The notes below the pieces were generated by a model. That model searched no databases and had not been told where the DNA came from. It saw only the letters and a list, made by a program, of their open reading frames with translations. Shown here in pieces: positions 24,173 to 34,025 of a stretch of DNA of 64,000 bases. Origin of the DNA: Hormoscilla sp. (GTDB taxonomy: Bacteria > Cyanobacteriota > Cyanobacteriia > Cyanobacteriales > Desertifilaceae); NCBI GenBank assembly GCA_051439505.1, contig JBFRWI010000132.1:18717-82716 (forward strand). The letters are read 5' to 3'. The stretch's first letter is position 1. Each line of letters opens with the position of its first letter. The position numbers were made by a program, and so were the translations under genes.

Positions 24173-24886
24173 CTAAAACTCAACGCGGCTGGTAGTGACG
24201 ATCAACCAGGGATGGGCCCACCACAGCAGTCCGATAAAAGCAAGGACGCCCAAATAAGCGGGGCGGATAAACTCTTGCCATTGCAGGGTTTGACGCCCCT
24301 GGGCGATCGCCAGAAAAGGGACGATCGAGGTGTTCGCCTTGACGGTTTCAAAGGCTGTACCATAGCGGTCCGCGAGACGGCGATCGCCATGCCAGACGCC
24401 AAATATATGATGTAGCACCAAACCGATGGACGTTACCAGAGTAAAGGTACTACCAATCCAGAGGGTATGGGCGATACACCAAATCACCTGTCCTACCATC
24501 TGGGGATGACGGGTGACGCGAATAATGCCAGTAGAGTACAGATGTACTTGAGGCTTTTGCACCGCCGCAATTTCCAGGAGATTGAAAGTAGCTGGGTATA
24601 GAAAAAAGAAGGAAATGGCAGATAGCACCCATACTAAAGGTTTCACCACTGCTACATCCTGTACCTGCCAAAGTTGCCAGCCATCATAGCGGTGGTTAAA
24701 GAAGTATACGATCAGTACCACCGCTAGAGGCAGACTGACTAGGGCAAAGAGGACGCGATAAAGTCGGACGCCCATCAGTTTTTCGCCCCAAGGACGCATC
24801 GCAGCTAGTCCGCTGTGGGCAACAGCAAAACCCAGCAGCAGTCCGATCATAATTAAATGGCTGTTCGTCAAGCAATTCTCAAGCAT
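24173..24886 (-). CDS. NnrU-family membrane protein, probable 15-cis-zeta-carotene isomerase (Z-ISO)
   Basis: HSGLAA, TGIIRVTRHPQMVGQVIWCIAH, WHGDRRL; ATG at 24886. Confidence 0.85.
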   Translation of the reverse strand: MLENCLTNSHLIMIGLLLGFAVAHSGLAAMRPWGEKLMGVRLYRVLFALVSLPLAVVLIVYFFNHRYDGWQLWQVQDVAVVKPLVWVLSAISFFFLYPATFNLLEIAAVQKPQVHLYSTGIIRVTRHPQMVGQVIWCIAHTLWIGSTFTLVTSIGLVLHHIFGVWHGDRRLADRYGTAFETVKANTSIVPFLAIAQGRQTLQWQEFIRPAYLGVLAFIGLLWWAHPWLIVTTSRVEF

Positions 24887-24899
24887 AAACAGTAAGAAC

Positions 24900-26759
24900 T
24901 TAAAATAGTAAGTCGAGATCGAATTCTCTGAGATCCAGCAGTCTAAATACACCCCCTGTACCCTCAACTGTAGCAATCATCAGACCAGAAGTATGAAACG
25001 GGGCGATCGCACTTATCTGCTGCTGTACATCAATCTTCCCCACCACCGTTCCCTGCCGATCCAACAAGATAATTTTTCCCAGCATATCAGCAACCACATA
25101 ACCCCAGGATGTGGCCGCCAGGAATTTGGGATCGGGTAAGTCCACTTTCACCTGCCGGATGCGAAAAGGCTTGAGGTCGATTAATAGTAGAGATTTCTGG
25201 TTATTTGCTTGGGTAGCTAGCAGTCGATACTGTACCCCAGCAGCAGCGATCGCCCGATCCAGCAGCACTGGCAGCATCCAGCGGCCCACCTTAGTGCCCC
25301 GCCGGGTAAAAACCGACAGTTGCGTCCCGGTCTTACCAGAAGCTAACGCCGCCACATGCCGTGAATCAAGCACCAGTAGCTGAGATGGTGCCGATTTCAG
25401 TTCCACAGCGATCGATTTAGGATGAATAGTCAAGGTTTGACCGCCAGTTATGTGAGAGCCGATTTCCCAATCCCGCAAATCGAACAGCCGTAATTGCTTG
25501 TCAGAAGTAGCTGCTGCTATCCAACGTCCTCTGGTTTCGACATCTGCCACAAATTCACCGTCTTCTTTGGTTATCAATCCGATCGAAACAACTGAGTACT
25601 CATAGGTTTCATAGCTGAGGAAATAAATCGATCGCTCGGCGATCATAAAACATCCTTGTGGAGAGCCGAGCAATTTTTGCATCGACTCACTCAGATGCAC
25701 CCGAGACAGATGAAATGTTTCACCCCTATTGATTCCATCTGGATAAATCTGACATTCCACAACCGCTCCTGCGGCCCAATATACCTTATCTAGAGATTTA
25801 ACATCTTCAGACTCTTTCCCAGATGCTGTTTCCTGTGAAGATACCACTGCCAGAGCAGTTATAGGCGCTCCAACCCGCTTAGTCCAAACAGCCCGGTCTC
25901 CTACTGGCACATCAGGCAAAACCTCCGACCCATGGCTCAAAGAATAAGTTGATTTCTCGGAGGACTTCATCCGTTCAACTGCTACTTGAATTGCCTGCAA
26001 CATGTCTGATGCTGTATGATATCGGCGAGCTGGCAGCTTTTCTAAAGCCGTAGCGATCACCCGTTGCAAATCTTCAGGCACGTAGTTGGGAATCTCCACC
26101 CGCTGGTTCAGATGAGCTGTCATTAGCTGGCCAGGTGCCCCCGAAAAAGGCCGATCGCCCACCAGCAATTCAAATAGCATAATACCTACAGCATAAATAT
26201 CACAGCTAATATTATATTGGCCGTAAAACCGTTCGGGAGCCATGTAAGCTGGAGAACCCGTATTATCCTCAGATTCTATCATCTCCTGAGTTAAGCGGGC
26301 TATGCCAAAATCGGAAATCCGGGCGATCGGGCCACCTGGCCTTAAATTGAGCAAAATATTATCTGGCTTGATATCGCAATGAACAATGCCACGACTATGG
26401 GCATGGTCCAAACCCGCAAGCACCTCTGTCATCAGCCTCAAATTCTGCTCCCAAGACAAAGGCGAATCTGACTCCATCCAAGTCCGCAGAGTCCCGCCCT
26501 CGCAATAATCCATCACCAAGTAGCGACCCCTATTACTATGCTCGATCGCCCTAAAGGTGACGATATTAGGATGCTGTAAGCTCAACAGAAAGCGCAACTC
26601 CCGCAGAAACTTATTGGTGGGGAATCGATACTTGTCTAAATCTTTCAGAGCTACGAGCTGACCTGTTTGGCGATGACAACCGCAGAATACCCGACCAAAT
26701 TGCCCTTGTCCCACCAGTCCCAATATCCTGTACTTGGATAATTGTGATTTTCTGTTCAT
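24900..26759 (-). CDS. Hanks-type Ser/Thr kinase (SpkG-like) with C-terminal beta-rich domain
   Basis: GQGQFG, VALK, HCDIKPDN, DFG, GSPAYMAPE; last gene of the V4R/ferredoxin cluster. Confidence 0.9.
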   Translation of the reverse strand: MNRKSQLSKYRILGLVGQGQFGRVFCGCHRQTGQLVALKDLDKYRFPTNKFLRELRFLLSLQHPNIVTFRAIEHSNRGRYLVMDYCEGGTLRTWMESDSPLSWEQNLRLMTEVLAGLDHAHSRGIVHCDIKPDNILLNLRPGGPIARISDFGIARLTQEMIESEDNTGSPAYMAPERFYGQYNISCDIYAVGIMLFELLVGDRPFSGAPGQLMTAHLNQRVEIPNYVPEDLQRVIATALEKLPARRYHTASDMLQAIQVAVERMKSSEKSTYSLSHGSEVLPDVPVGDRAVWTKRVGAPITALAVVSSQETASGKESEDVKSLDKVYWAAGAVVECQIYPDGINRGETFHLSRVHLSESMQKLLGSPQGCFMIAERSIYFLSYETYEYSVVSIGLITKEDGEFVADVETRGRWIAAATSDKQLRLFDLRDWEIGSHITGGQTLTIHPKSIAVELKSAPSQLLVLDSRHVAALASGKTGTQLSVFTRRGTKVGRWMLPVLLDRAIAAAGVQYRLLATQANNQKSLLLIDLKPFRIRQVKVDLPDPKFLAATSWGYVVADMLGKIILLDRQGTVVGKIDVQQQISAIAPFHTSGLMIATVEGTGGVFRLLDLREFDLDLLF

Positions 26760-26791
26760 TGTTCATTGCTAATTGCTAATTGAGAATTGAC

Positions 26792-26879
26792 AATTTGCCT
26801 CGTTACCTGGGGACCGCCTGGTAACGCCATTACCCATTTGCCTCGTTACCTGGGGACCGCCTGGTAACGTCATTCCCCA
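26792..26879. repeat. Tandem duplication (about 44 bp) of a CGTTACC...GGTAACG palindrome
   Basis: ATTTGCCTCGTTACCTGGGGACCGCCTGGTAACG occurs twice; related unit at about 18675. Confidence 0.75.
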
Positions 26880-27539
26880 TTAGCTATTAACTAGCTTTTG
26901 CATTATTTCTGCATGTTCCATCTGGTTTTCTACCATTTCTGAAACTGGCTTCAACCTTTCTTCTAACCCCAAGACAAATTGATTGCCTTCTGCTCCCAAC
27001 GATTCGCAGCTCGTTTGGATGCACTCTAGTTCTTTGCCCGTCAACTGGCTAAAGAATGAACTCAAAACTCCCGCATCCAGAAAACATGCCGGGATATCGC
27101 CTTTAGGAGCATGAGCTGCAAAGGGCGAATTCACAATTTTCACCACCAAAAATCCTTGCTGATGGTAGCTATTGTCCAAATCTATTTTACCCCAACCGTG
27201 GGTTTGCCAGCATTGTTGCAGGCATTGGACAAACTCCACCATTGCCATCTCCGCCAGGGGCTTTTTATAGTAGTCGCTCAGTTCTTCACAGAAGCGAGCG
27301 TAGAAATTTTCCCCCCACCAGCGACCGCAGTTATACAATACTAGACGGGATGCTTGACCTGTTTCCTTGTCCAATCCCGAATATATCGCTTGCAGTAGGG
27401 TTTCTGGCATGGCTATCAGGCGATCGCCCCGGCGATTTTCCAGCAAACCCATTTCCAGTTCGCTGCGCACGTATACGTCGCTCGCAAAGTAATTCCCGGG
27501 TATGCTCTTATCTACGATCAAATCGGCTACCGAAATCAT
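26880..27539 (-). CDS. V4R (4-vinyl reductase) domain protein
   Basis: HGWGKI, C..DAGVLSSFFSQL, CIQTSCESLG. Confidence 0.85.
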   Translation of the reverse strand: MISVADLIVDKSIPGNYFASDVYVRSELEMGLLENRRGDRLIAMPETLLQAIYSGLDKETGQASRLVLYNCGRWWGENFYARFCEELSDYYKKPLAEMAMVEFVQCLQQCWQTHGWGKIDLDNSYHQQGFLVVKIVNSPFAAHAPKGDIPACFLDAGVLSSFFSQLTGKELECIQTSCESLGAEGNQFVLGLEERLKPVSEMVENQMEHAEIMQKLVNS

Positions 27540-27594
27540 TTCCCCAATTCCTTTTTCTCCTGTACCTCAACTTTTCTGGCGTCCCAAATGGCAG

Positions 27595-28056
27595 CTATTC
27601 ATTGAGCAACGTTTCTTTCGCTATTGTTAATGACGGTTTGAGTAAGCCTAGCTGTTCTTTACTCATGACTTGACTTAATTGCTGCCAGAGCAATCTATAC
27701 AGTTTTGTCTCTATCTGTGAACTATTGTAAGTCTCCACAATTACATCTAGCCAACCCAGGAATCTCTCCTTGACAAACGACTCGTCATTCAGCAGCATTG
27801 CCATTCCACAATAGCGCAGCATCAGCATAGCATTTTTTAAGCTCCGTTCTAAATCGCTTGTTTTTTCCTTGGGTAGTTGCGCTTCCAACTGGGAAGCTAC
27901 TGCTTCCATAATCTCTAGTTCCTTGTCTCGCAGATGCTGATATGTTTCCACGCGAGATGGTAATGATTCTACATACTGGCCGATGATTTTCAGTTCTTCG
28001 GGTTTGAGATAACGACTTTCTGCTTCGTTAAAAATTGCTTCAAGTTTTGGATGCAT
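27595..28056 (-). CDS. Phycobiliprotein/globin-like fold protein
   Basis: EAESRYLKPEEL (cf. AD.EGRYLS..EL) and LRYCGMAMLLND; the usual chromophore-binding C-x-R-D motif is not evident. Confidence 0.7.
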   Translation of the reverse strand: MHPKLEAIFNEAESRYLKPEELKIIGQYVESLPSRVETYQHLRDKELEIMEAVASQLEAQLPKEKTSDLERSLKNAMLMLRYCGMAMLLNDESFVKERFLGWLDVIVETYNSSQIETKLYRLLWQQLSQVMSKEQLGLLKPSLTIAKETLLNE

Positions 28057-28080
28057 AAATTTTTACGTGTGACATTCCTT

Positions 28081-28395
28081 TCAGAACAGACTGGAAAAAT
28101 CATCCAGAGTAAATTCATTGGAGCCGGACTCTGCTGCTGGAGCGCTCGTGTCTGGCACTGGCGCTGCTACTTGCTTTCCTTCCCAAGCGAAGCAGCTAAA
28201 AAACTGACGCACGCTCAGCATCTGCGACAGCGGTTCGTTGCTTCCTTGCCAGGCCGCCTGCTTGATCTGCTGTACTAATATCGGCTGTAGATCCCAGTTG
28301 ACCGCTGTAAAAAACTCTCCGACTGACCTTCGCAGCCATTCTTTTGAGATTCCTGCTACCTTACCATTTTGCTCCCCTATTGTCAACTGATTCAT
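28081..28395 (-). CDS. Small hypothetical protein of the V4R cluster
   Basis: Internal repeat SVGEFFTAVNW / SVRQFFSCFAW; ATGA overlap with the upstream V4R gene. Confidence 0.75.
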   Translation of the reverse strand: MNQLTIGEQNGKVAGISKEWLRRSVGEFFTAVNWDLQPILVQQIKQAAWQGSNEPLSQMLSVRQFFSCFAWEGKQVAAPVPDTSAPAAESGSNEFTLDDFSSLF

Positions 28396-29090
28396 AGCAG
28401 TCGTTCTCCTGAACGTAAGCGTTTTTCGATATCCCGAGCTGTGGCCCCCTCATTCAGCCAGAACCCAGCTGCATCAATCCGGTCTTTCCCGCCGATCAGG
28501 AATTTACAGTAAGTTTCGCCCATCGAGTAGCATTGGATTTCAATGCAGCTGAGTTGTTTGCGCACCAGTTCTGTAAAGAAGCCTGCGAATAGACCGGCGT
28601 ATAGGTGGCAAACTGGCTTGCCCACATCTCCCAGGGTGCGGGCCACAGCCGAATCAAACAGGTTGATGAACATAAATCCCTGCTTGCGATCGCCCATATC
28701 CACTTCCCAACGACCCCAACCCTGAGAAGTAAACGGCCACCACCATGTTTCTAGTAAAAACATCAAGTTTGATTGCCGCATATTGCGTTCAAACTCTTTT
28801 TCAAACCACTTTTCAAAGAAGAAAGCATCTTTTTGGCCCCATTCGCAGCCGATCGTATACATAATAGCGGCTGAGGCATCTCCCACTTCCTCCTCTAACC
28901 CTTCTACCAGACCGATAATGAAGTCTTCCGAAGTGAGGACGTTTTGAGCCCCATTCCAGTCTACGATGCTGCCCCGGTCCTGGTCGAACTGAAAAAAATC
29001 ACCAAAGCCATAGTGATTGTGCTTCTTGGGGTACTTCTGCTTCAGTTTGTGCAGTAAGGGATTTGTATCTACCATAGTATGCCTAGCCAT
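28392..29090 (-). CDS. V4R domain protein
   Basis: QGWGRW, PVCHLYAGLFAGFF, CIEIQCYSMGETYCKF. Confidence 0.88.
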   Translation of the reverse strand: MARHTMVDTNPLLHKLKQKYPKKHNHYGFGDFFQFDQDRGSIVDWNGAQNVLTSEDFIIGLVEGLEEEVGDASAAIMYTIGCEWGQKDAFFFEKWFEKEFERNMRQSNLMFLLETWWWPFTSQGWGRWEVDMGDRKQGFMFINLFDSAVARTLGDVGKPVCHLYAGLFAGFFTELVRKQLSCIEIQCYSMGETYCKFLIGGKDRIDAAGFWLNEGATARDIEKRLRSGERLL

Positions 29091-29165
29091 GCGTGGTTAA
29101 TTTGTCAAGGAGCGGAAATATCCAATCGTGCTCTACTATCGCCTAGTTCTCCTAGATGAGCGAAC

Positions 29166-29648
29166 TCAGGCATCCGTTGTCTTAGTCAAGTACGATCCGA
29201 TCTGGAAGTCAGTATTTTCCAACTGCTTTAGGGTCGAGCGTGTGATCAGCTTGCCTGACTCTACCAGCACTTCGCCGGTGACTGGATGAAGCATATTCGT
29301 TTGGGCGCGACGACCAATAAGGGCCTCAATGTCCTGCAAGGATTTCACATACATCCCCGGAGGCAGTTCGACGACGACACCGTCTTGCAAAACTCTCGAT
29401 TGGCAAGCTAGTCGGGAATTGGGCTTACAAGAGGTAATAATCTCTAGAGTACGTTGTTCGCGGCGAGACATGGCCGAAAGGAAATCCATGCCCTGCTTGA
29501 TATACACGTGGCAGGTAGCACACATACCCCGTCCGCCGCATTCCTTGAGCACATCTAATTCCGTATCAATCAGGATAGACAGGAGATTGCCATTGGTTTC
29601 CACCTCAGTGAAGGTGGAGATCGGTTCTAGCTTGACAATTTTGACCAT
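29166..29648 (-). CDS. 2Fe-2S ferredoxin with C-terminal extension (Fed5/Slr0148-like)
   Basis: CGGRGMCATC...RLAC motif; Thr at positions 18 and 72. Confidence 0.88.
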   Translation of the reverse strand: MVKIVKLEPISTFTEVETNGNLLSILIDTELDVLKECGGRGMCATCHVYIKQGMDFLSAMSRREQRTLEIITSCKPNSRLACQSRVLQDGVVVELPPGMYVKSLQDIEALIGRRAQTNMLHPVTGEVLVESGKLITRSTLKQLENTDFQIGSYLTKTTDA

Positions 29649-29682
29649 TTATACCTTCTCCGTTTGCGCGTTGGCCTATTGA

Positions 29683-30567
29683 CTAGGGTAACAACAGTTC
29701 TTTTTGTTGGGGGTTGAGGGCTTTTTGCTCAACTAGGGCGGGGAAGTCGCGGATCACCTTGGCACATCTGTTGATGAATGCTGCTACCCAGGACTGAATC
29801 GAGGAGATTTCCTGCTCTGTGACTTCCCCAGACTCTGACTGGGAGGACTCACCATTGAAGCTAATTTCCGCTTTGCGGTTGACTTGGAAGTGGTTGAGCC
29901 ACTCAATATTCTGCGGGCGAGAAGTCTTCCAGTAATTGCTAATCACAGCTACTCCTAGGTATTGCGTGGTGAACTCAGACAGCTGATTGAGGGCTGCCAG
30001 AATTTCTTTGAGGGTAACTTGGTGCGTCCCATTCTTGGCGTCCGGTTGCGGCGAGGCGGCGTCATGGAAGCCATTGCGCGAACCGGTAGATGTGCCTGAT
30101 GCTGTTTTTGCTACGGGAGCGGGGACAGCTGCGGTTTGCCCGGGCTTGGTCCCGTCGGAGGCAGCAGGCTTCCAGTACTCTTGACCCGACAGGGTGATAT
30201 TACCAGCTAGCAGGCGAAATGTGGCTACACCCGTGGAGAGGTCGGCGCTCAGTGCTGCTTTAAGTTTTTGCAGAGCCGGTAAATAATCGGAGTAGACTAG
30301 ACCGCTGCTAGTCAGCACCAGCAGGATCATGTCGGAAGCTAGTTTGTAAATATATACTTGGTGTGCTGCGAATTGAAATTCAAAAGACTCAAAGCTCTCA
30401 GGCGTCGTCTCCACTACCTGGCGGATGCCCTGAGCTAGGGCTTCTTTTTGCTGAAAGTTCAGGGCGCTATCCACGCCACAAAAGTAGGGGCGCGATCGCC
30501 TATCCATTAAGGCCACACCCGCAATTCCTGGTAAATTCAGAAAGTCCTTGACTACCTCCCGGTTCAT
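29683..30567 (-). CDS. Hypothetical protein, N-terminal roadblock/longin-like domain plus linker and helical domain
   Basis: LPGIAGVALMD and VYIYKL..DMILLVLT strand pattern; Pro/Ala/Thr-rich linker; fold call is inference. Confidence 0.65.
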   Translation of the reverse strand: MNREVVKDFLNLPGIAGVALMDRRSRPYFCGVDSALNFQQKEALAQGIRQVVETTPESFESFEFQFAAHQVYIYKLASDMILLVLTSSGLVYSDYLPALQKLKAALSADLSTGVATFRLLAGNITLSGQEYWKPAASDGTKPGQTAAVPAPVAKTASGTSTGSRNGFHDAASPQPDAKNGTHQVTLKEILAALNQLSEFTTQYLGVAVISNYWKTSRPQNIEWLNHFQVNRKAEISFNGESSQSESGEVTEQEISSIQSWVAAFINRCAKVIRDFPALVEQKALNPQQKELLLP

Positions 30568-30870
30568 ATATCTCAGAGTACGTCTATTTATTTTGTTGCC
30601 GTTTCATGCCACTTTCGTTATTGTGGGGAGGTTCTTAACCGTAACAATTGTGGTACATCTGTACAACAGCCAGCAACCGATTGAGAACCCTGCTGGATTT
30701 TGGGGGCCTGTGGTTTGAACGGTACTCTCCAAGAGCCGGCCCGATCATTATCTCCTGCATCTCACCCTCCATCGGGGTCGGTGATGTCCCGTACAACAGG
30801 CCCCGACCTGCTGACTGCGTGTCTGTTGAGCCCTGTGCGGAGTAGGTGGTGCCGATTTTAGGTATAGCAA

Positions 30871-31926
30871 ATGTCTGATGACCTTCGTTTCACTTTAGAG
30901 CAATTACGGATTCTCAAAGCGATCGCCGCTGAGGGCAGCTTCAAGCGTGCTGCTGACAGTCTCTATGTCTCGCAACCGGCAGTTAGCCTGCAAGTGCAAA
31001 ACTTGGAGCGGCAGTTAGAGGTGCCTTTGTTCGACCGGGGGGGCCGACGCGCTCAACTGACGGAAGCTGGCCATCTGCTGCTCAACTACGGAGAAAAAAT
31101 CCTGTCCCTGTGCCGGGAAACCTGTCGGGCGATCGAGGATCTCCAAAATCTCCAAGGTGGCACCTTGATAGTTGGCGCTTCCCAGACGACGGGGACTTAT
31201 TTACTGCCCCGGATGATTGGTTTGTTCCGGTCTCGGTATCCGGATGTGGCCGTGCAATTACACGTTCATTCTACCCGCCGCACCTCTTGGAGCGTTGCCA
31301 ATGGACAAGTTGACTTGGCTATAATTGGTGGTGAGGTTCCTGCTGAACTGCAAGAGTCTTTAGAAATTACTCCCTATGCTCAAGATGAACTGGCTTTAAT
31401 CTTACCTGTATTTCATCCTCTAGCAGCCTACCAGACCATTGAGCCTTCCGATCTCTACCAACTCCAGTTTATTGCCTTAGATTCCCAATCGACGATTAGA
31501 AAGGTGATTGACCAGGTTCTCACCCGTTGCGGCATCGATACTAGCAATCTCAAAATTGAGATGGAGTTGAATTCGATCGAAGCGATTAAAAATGCGGTAC
31601 AGGCGGGATTGGGCGCTGCCTTTGTCTCAGTTTCGGCAATTGAGAAGGAGTTGCAAATGAAACTCCTGCATCGAGCCAAAATTTCAGGGGTAGTGGTGCA
31701 GCGGATGCTGTCTGTGATTGTTAACCCGAATCGCTACCGCTCTAAGGCCGCAGAGGCTTTTAGCCGAGAGATCCTGCCCGGGTTTGCGATCGCAGGTTCC
31801 TTGGTGTTAACAGCAGAAACTACGGAACCCACACCGATCGCCACCGCTCCTGCGGCAGATGCCAAGCAGGAGCAAAGCTACCCAGCAGAAAGTATAGCAA
31901 AGGTTGTCAAAGATGCTCCGTCGTGA
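30871..31926 (+). CDS. rbcR: LysR-family regulator RbcR/PacR (Ycf30)
   Basis: [55 protein letters not shown]. Confidence 0.9.
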   Translation: MSDDLRFTLEQLRILKAIAAEGSFKRAADSLYVSQPAVSLQVQNLERQLEVPLFDRGGRRAQLTEAGHLLLNYGEKILSLCRETCRAIEDLQNLQGGTLIVGASQTTGTYLLPRMIGLFRSRYPDVAVQLHVHSTRRTSWSVANGQVDLAIIGGEVPAELQESLEITPYAQDELALILPVFHPLAAYQTIEPSDLYQLQFIALDSQSTIRKVIDQVLTRCGIDTSNLKIEMELNSIEAIKNAVQAGLGAAFVSVSAIEKELQMKLLHRAKISGVVVQRMLSVIVNPNRYRSKAAEAFSREILPGFAIAGSLVLTAETTEPTPIATAPAADAKQEQSYPAESIAKVVKDAPS

Positions 31927-31963
31927 GCGAGGAATAATTGACAACGAACAAATACAACTGACA

Positions 31964-32056
31964 ATGGATGTTTACTGCTTTTGCAGAACCTGTAGGATGC
32001 CTCTCAAACTGCTGGGACTCGGTGGGTTGGGCACGGCTTTCCATGGGCCGTGGTGA
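31964..32056 (+). pseudogene. Probable heavily deleted remnant of a Cys4-prefix Ser/Thr kinase
   Basis: MDVYC-FCRTCRMPL-KLLGLGGLGTAF keeps the M(E/D)VYC, CxxCxMPL and Gly-loop pieces, then stops. Confidence 0.5.
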
Positions 32057-32492
32057 AGCGCCAGGGATTAGCATGGGAATATGGGGCATGATGTTGGGCG
32101 GAGCGATCTCCAGTCCCGCCGGTGGATCTCAAGCACGGATTTGTTGATTGTTACTGGTGTCACTGGGAGCGATGGTTTGATTTTTCCCCTTTTTGCGCCG
32201 CTCACTTCCCATTGAGATTGTCCTGGTAGTGACAATCTTGCCAGGGGCATCTATGGTTGCTGTAACAGCTATATATATTCCTCCTGATTTACAGACCGTG
32301 ACGCGCGAATTCTGTTGCACAACTACATTATGTCAATCGGGCGATCGCAATAGTTGATACTGACGATGAAAAATCCCAGTTGAAAACTAACAATTTACAA
32401 CTATCAATTTACAACTATCATCTCCTCTTTGGTGCAACAATTTTGGAGGTAATTAACTCGATAATTGTTAATTATCAAGCTATAACTGTATA

Positions 32493-33827
32493 ATGAGCAA
32501 ATTGAATCAACTAACTCCCAATTCAACCTTGGGTGATTTACCACTGCATGATTTCCAGGTTTCTCCGAAAACTAGAGGCAAGGTTCTCGCTAATGTTTTT
32601 GCCTTTCGACCGGAACTGCCTGGGGCGATCGTGGCCGATCGCTCTGGCATGATTGGCATGATTTCTCGGCGTAGGTTTAACGATTGGATGAGTTCTCCCT
32701 ATGGCATAGATGTTTTTCTCGAAAGTCCGATAGAAATATTTTCTCAGATGATTACTCAGAAGGTAAAATTGTTGCAATTGCCCGATACAGAAAAGGTAGA
32801 AATAGCTGTAAAACAGGCACTCAGTCGGGCCGCAGAGGACATGTATGAGCCGATCGTTATTGTGTATAAAGACTTAAGCTTGCCAGATTTTCAAGCCTAC
32901 TTTTTACTTGATGTTGTCACCCTCATTCTCGCTCAGAACCAAATTTTTACTGTTTTCAAGAAACAAGTCGAACAAGATATTTTTCAATCAAGCTGTCAAT
33001 TAAAATTAGTAAAAGAGCACCAAAAAGTAGAGGAATACGATCGAATATTAAAGGAGCAAAAGGCGGCGATTGAAGAACGCAACCAGCTCTTAGAAATCCA
33101 GCGGATTGAACTGGCAAAGAAATCCCAAGAGATTGCTCAACTCAATCAAGGATTTCAGCGAATTGGGCAATTGATGTCTCAAAAAGCGACAAAAGCGTTT
33201 CGAGCTACTTTTTCAGGAGTAAATGTGATTTGTCGCCAGACTAACCAGATTGTGGATATCGGTCGGTTATTAAGTGAAGAATTGGAGCGAATTCAGGACA
33301 CTTCCCAACTGATTAAAAAAGTGTCTCAGCAAGTCCGTCATTTAGCAATGAAGGCGGCAATTGTAGCCAATAATGCTGGCACGGAATTAAATAGTTTTAG
33401 CCAGATAACTACTGAAATTGGGAAATTGGTTAGTCAGACTTTTGAAGCTGGGCGTCAGATGGATCGTTCTGCCGATCGCTTCATGCAGAAAATCCAAGAA
33501 TTTACGGAGTCTGCCCATCGGGGAATGAGGGTGACAAAGTCTCTGATCCAAGAGATCCAACAGGCGGAGATGGCATTAGCGGAGTTGGAGTCATTGGTGC
33601 AACAGCACGACAGTAATTTTAGTCCTGAAAAGGGATCGGAAACTATGACCGCTGCTAAGGACCAAGAGGATCTAGAAGAGATAGAAAAGGGATCGCTGGC
33701 CCTAGTGGAAAAGTTGGCATTAGCAGAGGCGACGCTGTCTGATTTGCAGGAAATGACGCGGTATAAAGATTCTGCCATGATCCTGCGCAAGATCAGGCGA
33801 GCTTTGCATAAATACAAAACTTATTGA
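32493..33827 (+). CDS. Soluble signalling protein: CBS-like pair, coiled coil and degenerate MCP signalling domain
   Basis: LPGAIV...GMISRRRF...YEPIVI N-domain; VSQQVRHLAMKAAIVANNAG..FSQITTEIGKL resembles the MCP hairpin tip. Confidence 0.7.
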   Translation: MSKLNQLTPNSTLGDLPLHDFQVSPKTRGKVLANVFAFRPELPGAIVADRSGMIGMISRRRFNDWMSSPYGIDVFLESPIEIFSQMITQKVKLLQLPDTEKVEIAVKQALSRAAEDMYEPIVIVYKDLSLPDFQAYFLLDVVTLILAQNQIFTVFKKQVEQDIFQSSCQLKLVKEHQKVEEYDRILKEQKAAIEERNQLLEIQRIELAKKSQEIAQLNQGFQRIGQLMSQKATKAFRATFSGVNVICRQTNQIVDIGRLLSEELERIQDTSQLIKKVSQQVRHLAMKAAIVANNAGTELNSFSQITTEIGKLVSQTFEAGRQMDRSADRFMQKIQEFTESAHRGMRVTKSLIQEIQQAEMALAELESLVQQHDSNFSPEKGSETMTAAKDQEDLEEIEKGSLALVEKLALAEATLSDLQEMTRYKDSAMILRKIRRALHKYKTY

Positions 33828-33879
33828 ATGTTGGCTAGGCAGAATTGTGCAACCCAAAAATAGAATTAGATTAGATTTC

Positions 33880-33990
33880 GGCGTTGCACAACGACACCGA
33901 TGATGAGGGCTGCTAATTGCTTATACTTCGTCCTCTGCCAGAGCGCAAATTTTAACAATTGGCTGCTATCATCGGTAAAAATGTGCAACA
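33880..33990. repeat. Degenerate inverted-repeat element GGCGTTGCACA...ACCGATGA / TCATCGGTAAAAATGTGCAAC
   Basis: Same end sequence occurs singly at 24145-24172; no clear TSD. Confidence 0.5.
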
Positions 33991-34025
33991 ATCGACTTTC
34001 ACTATTGTTCAAGCAGAAATTAAGG

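Noticed and set aside
32250..34025. NtcA box upstream of the nitrogen-sensor genes
   Set aside because: No clean GTA-N8-TAC found by eye in the intergenic parts; nearest is GTAACAGCTATATA at about 32262, which mismatches the right half
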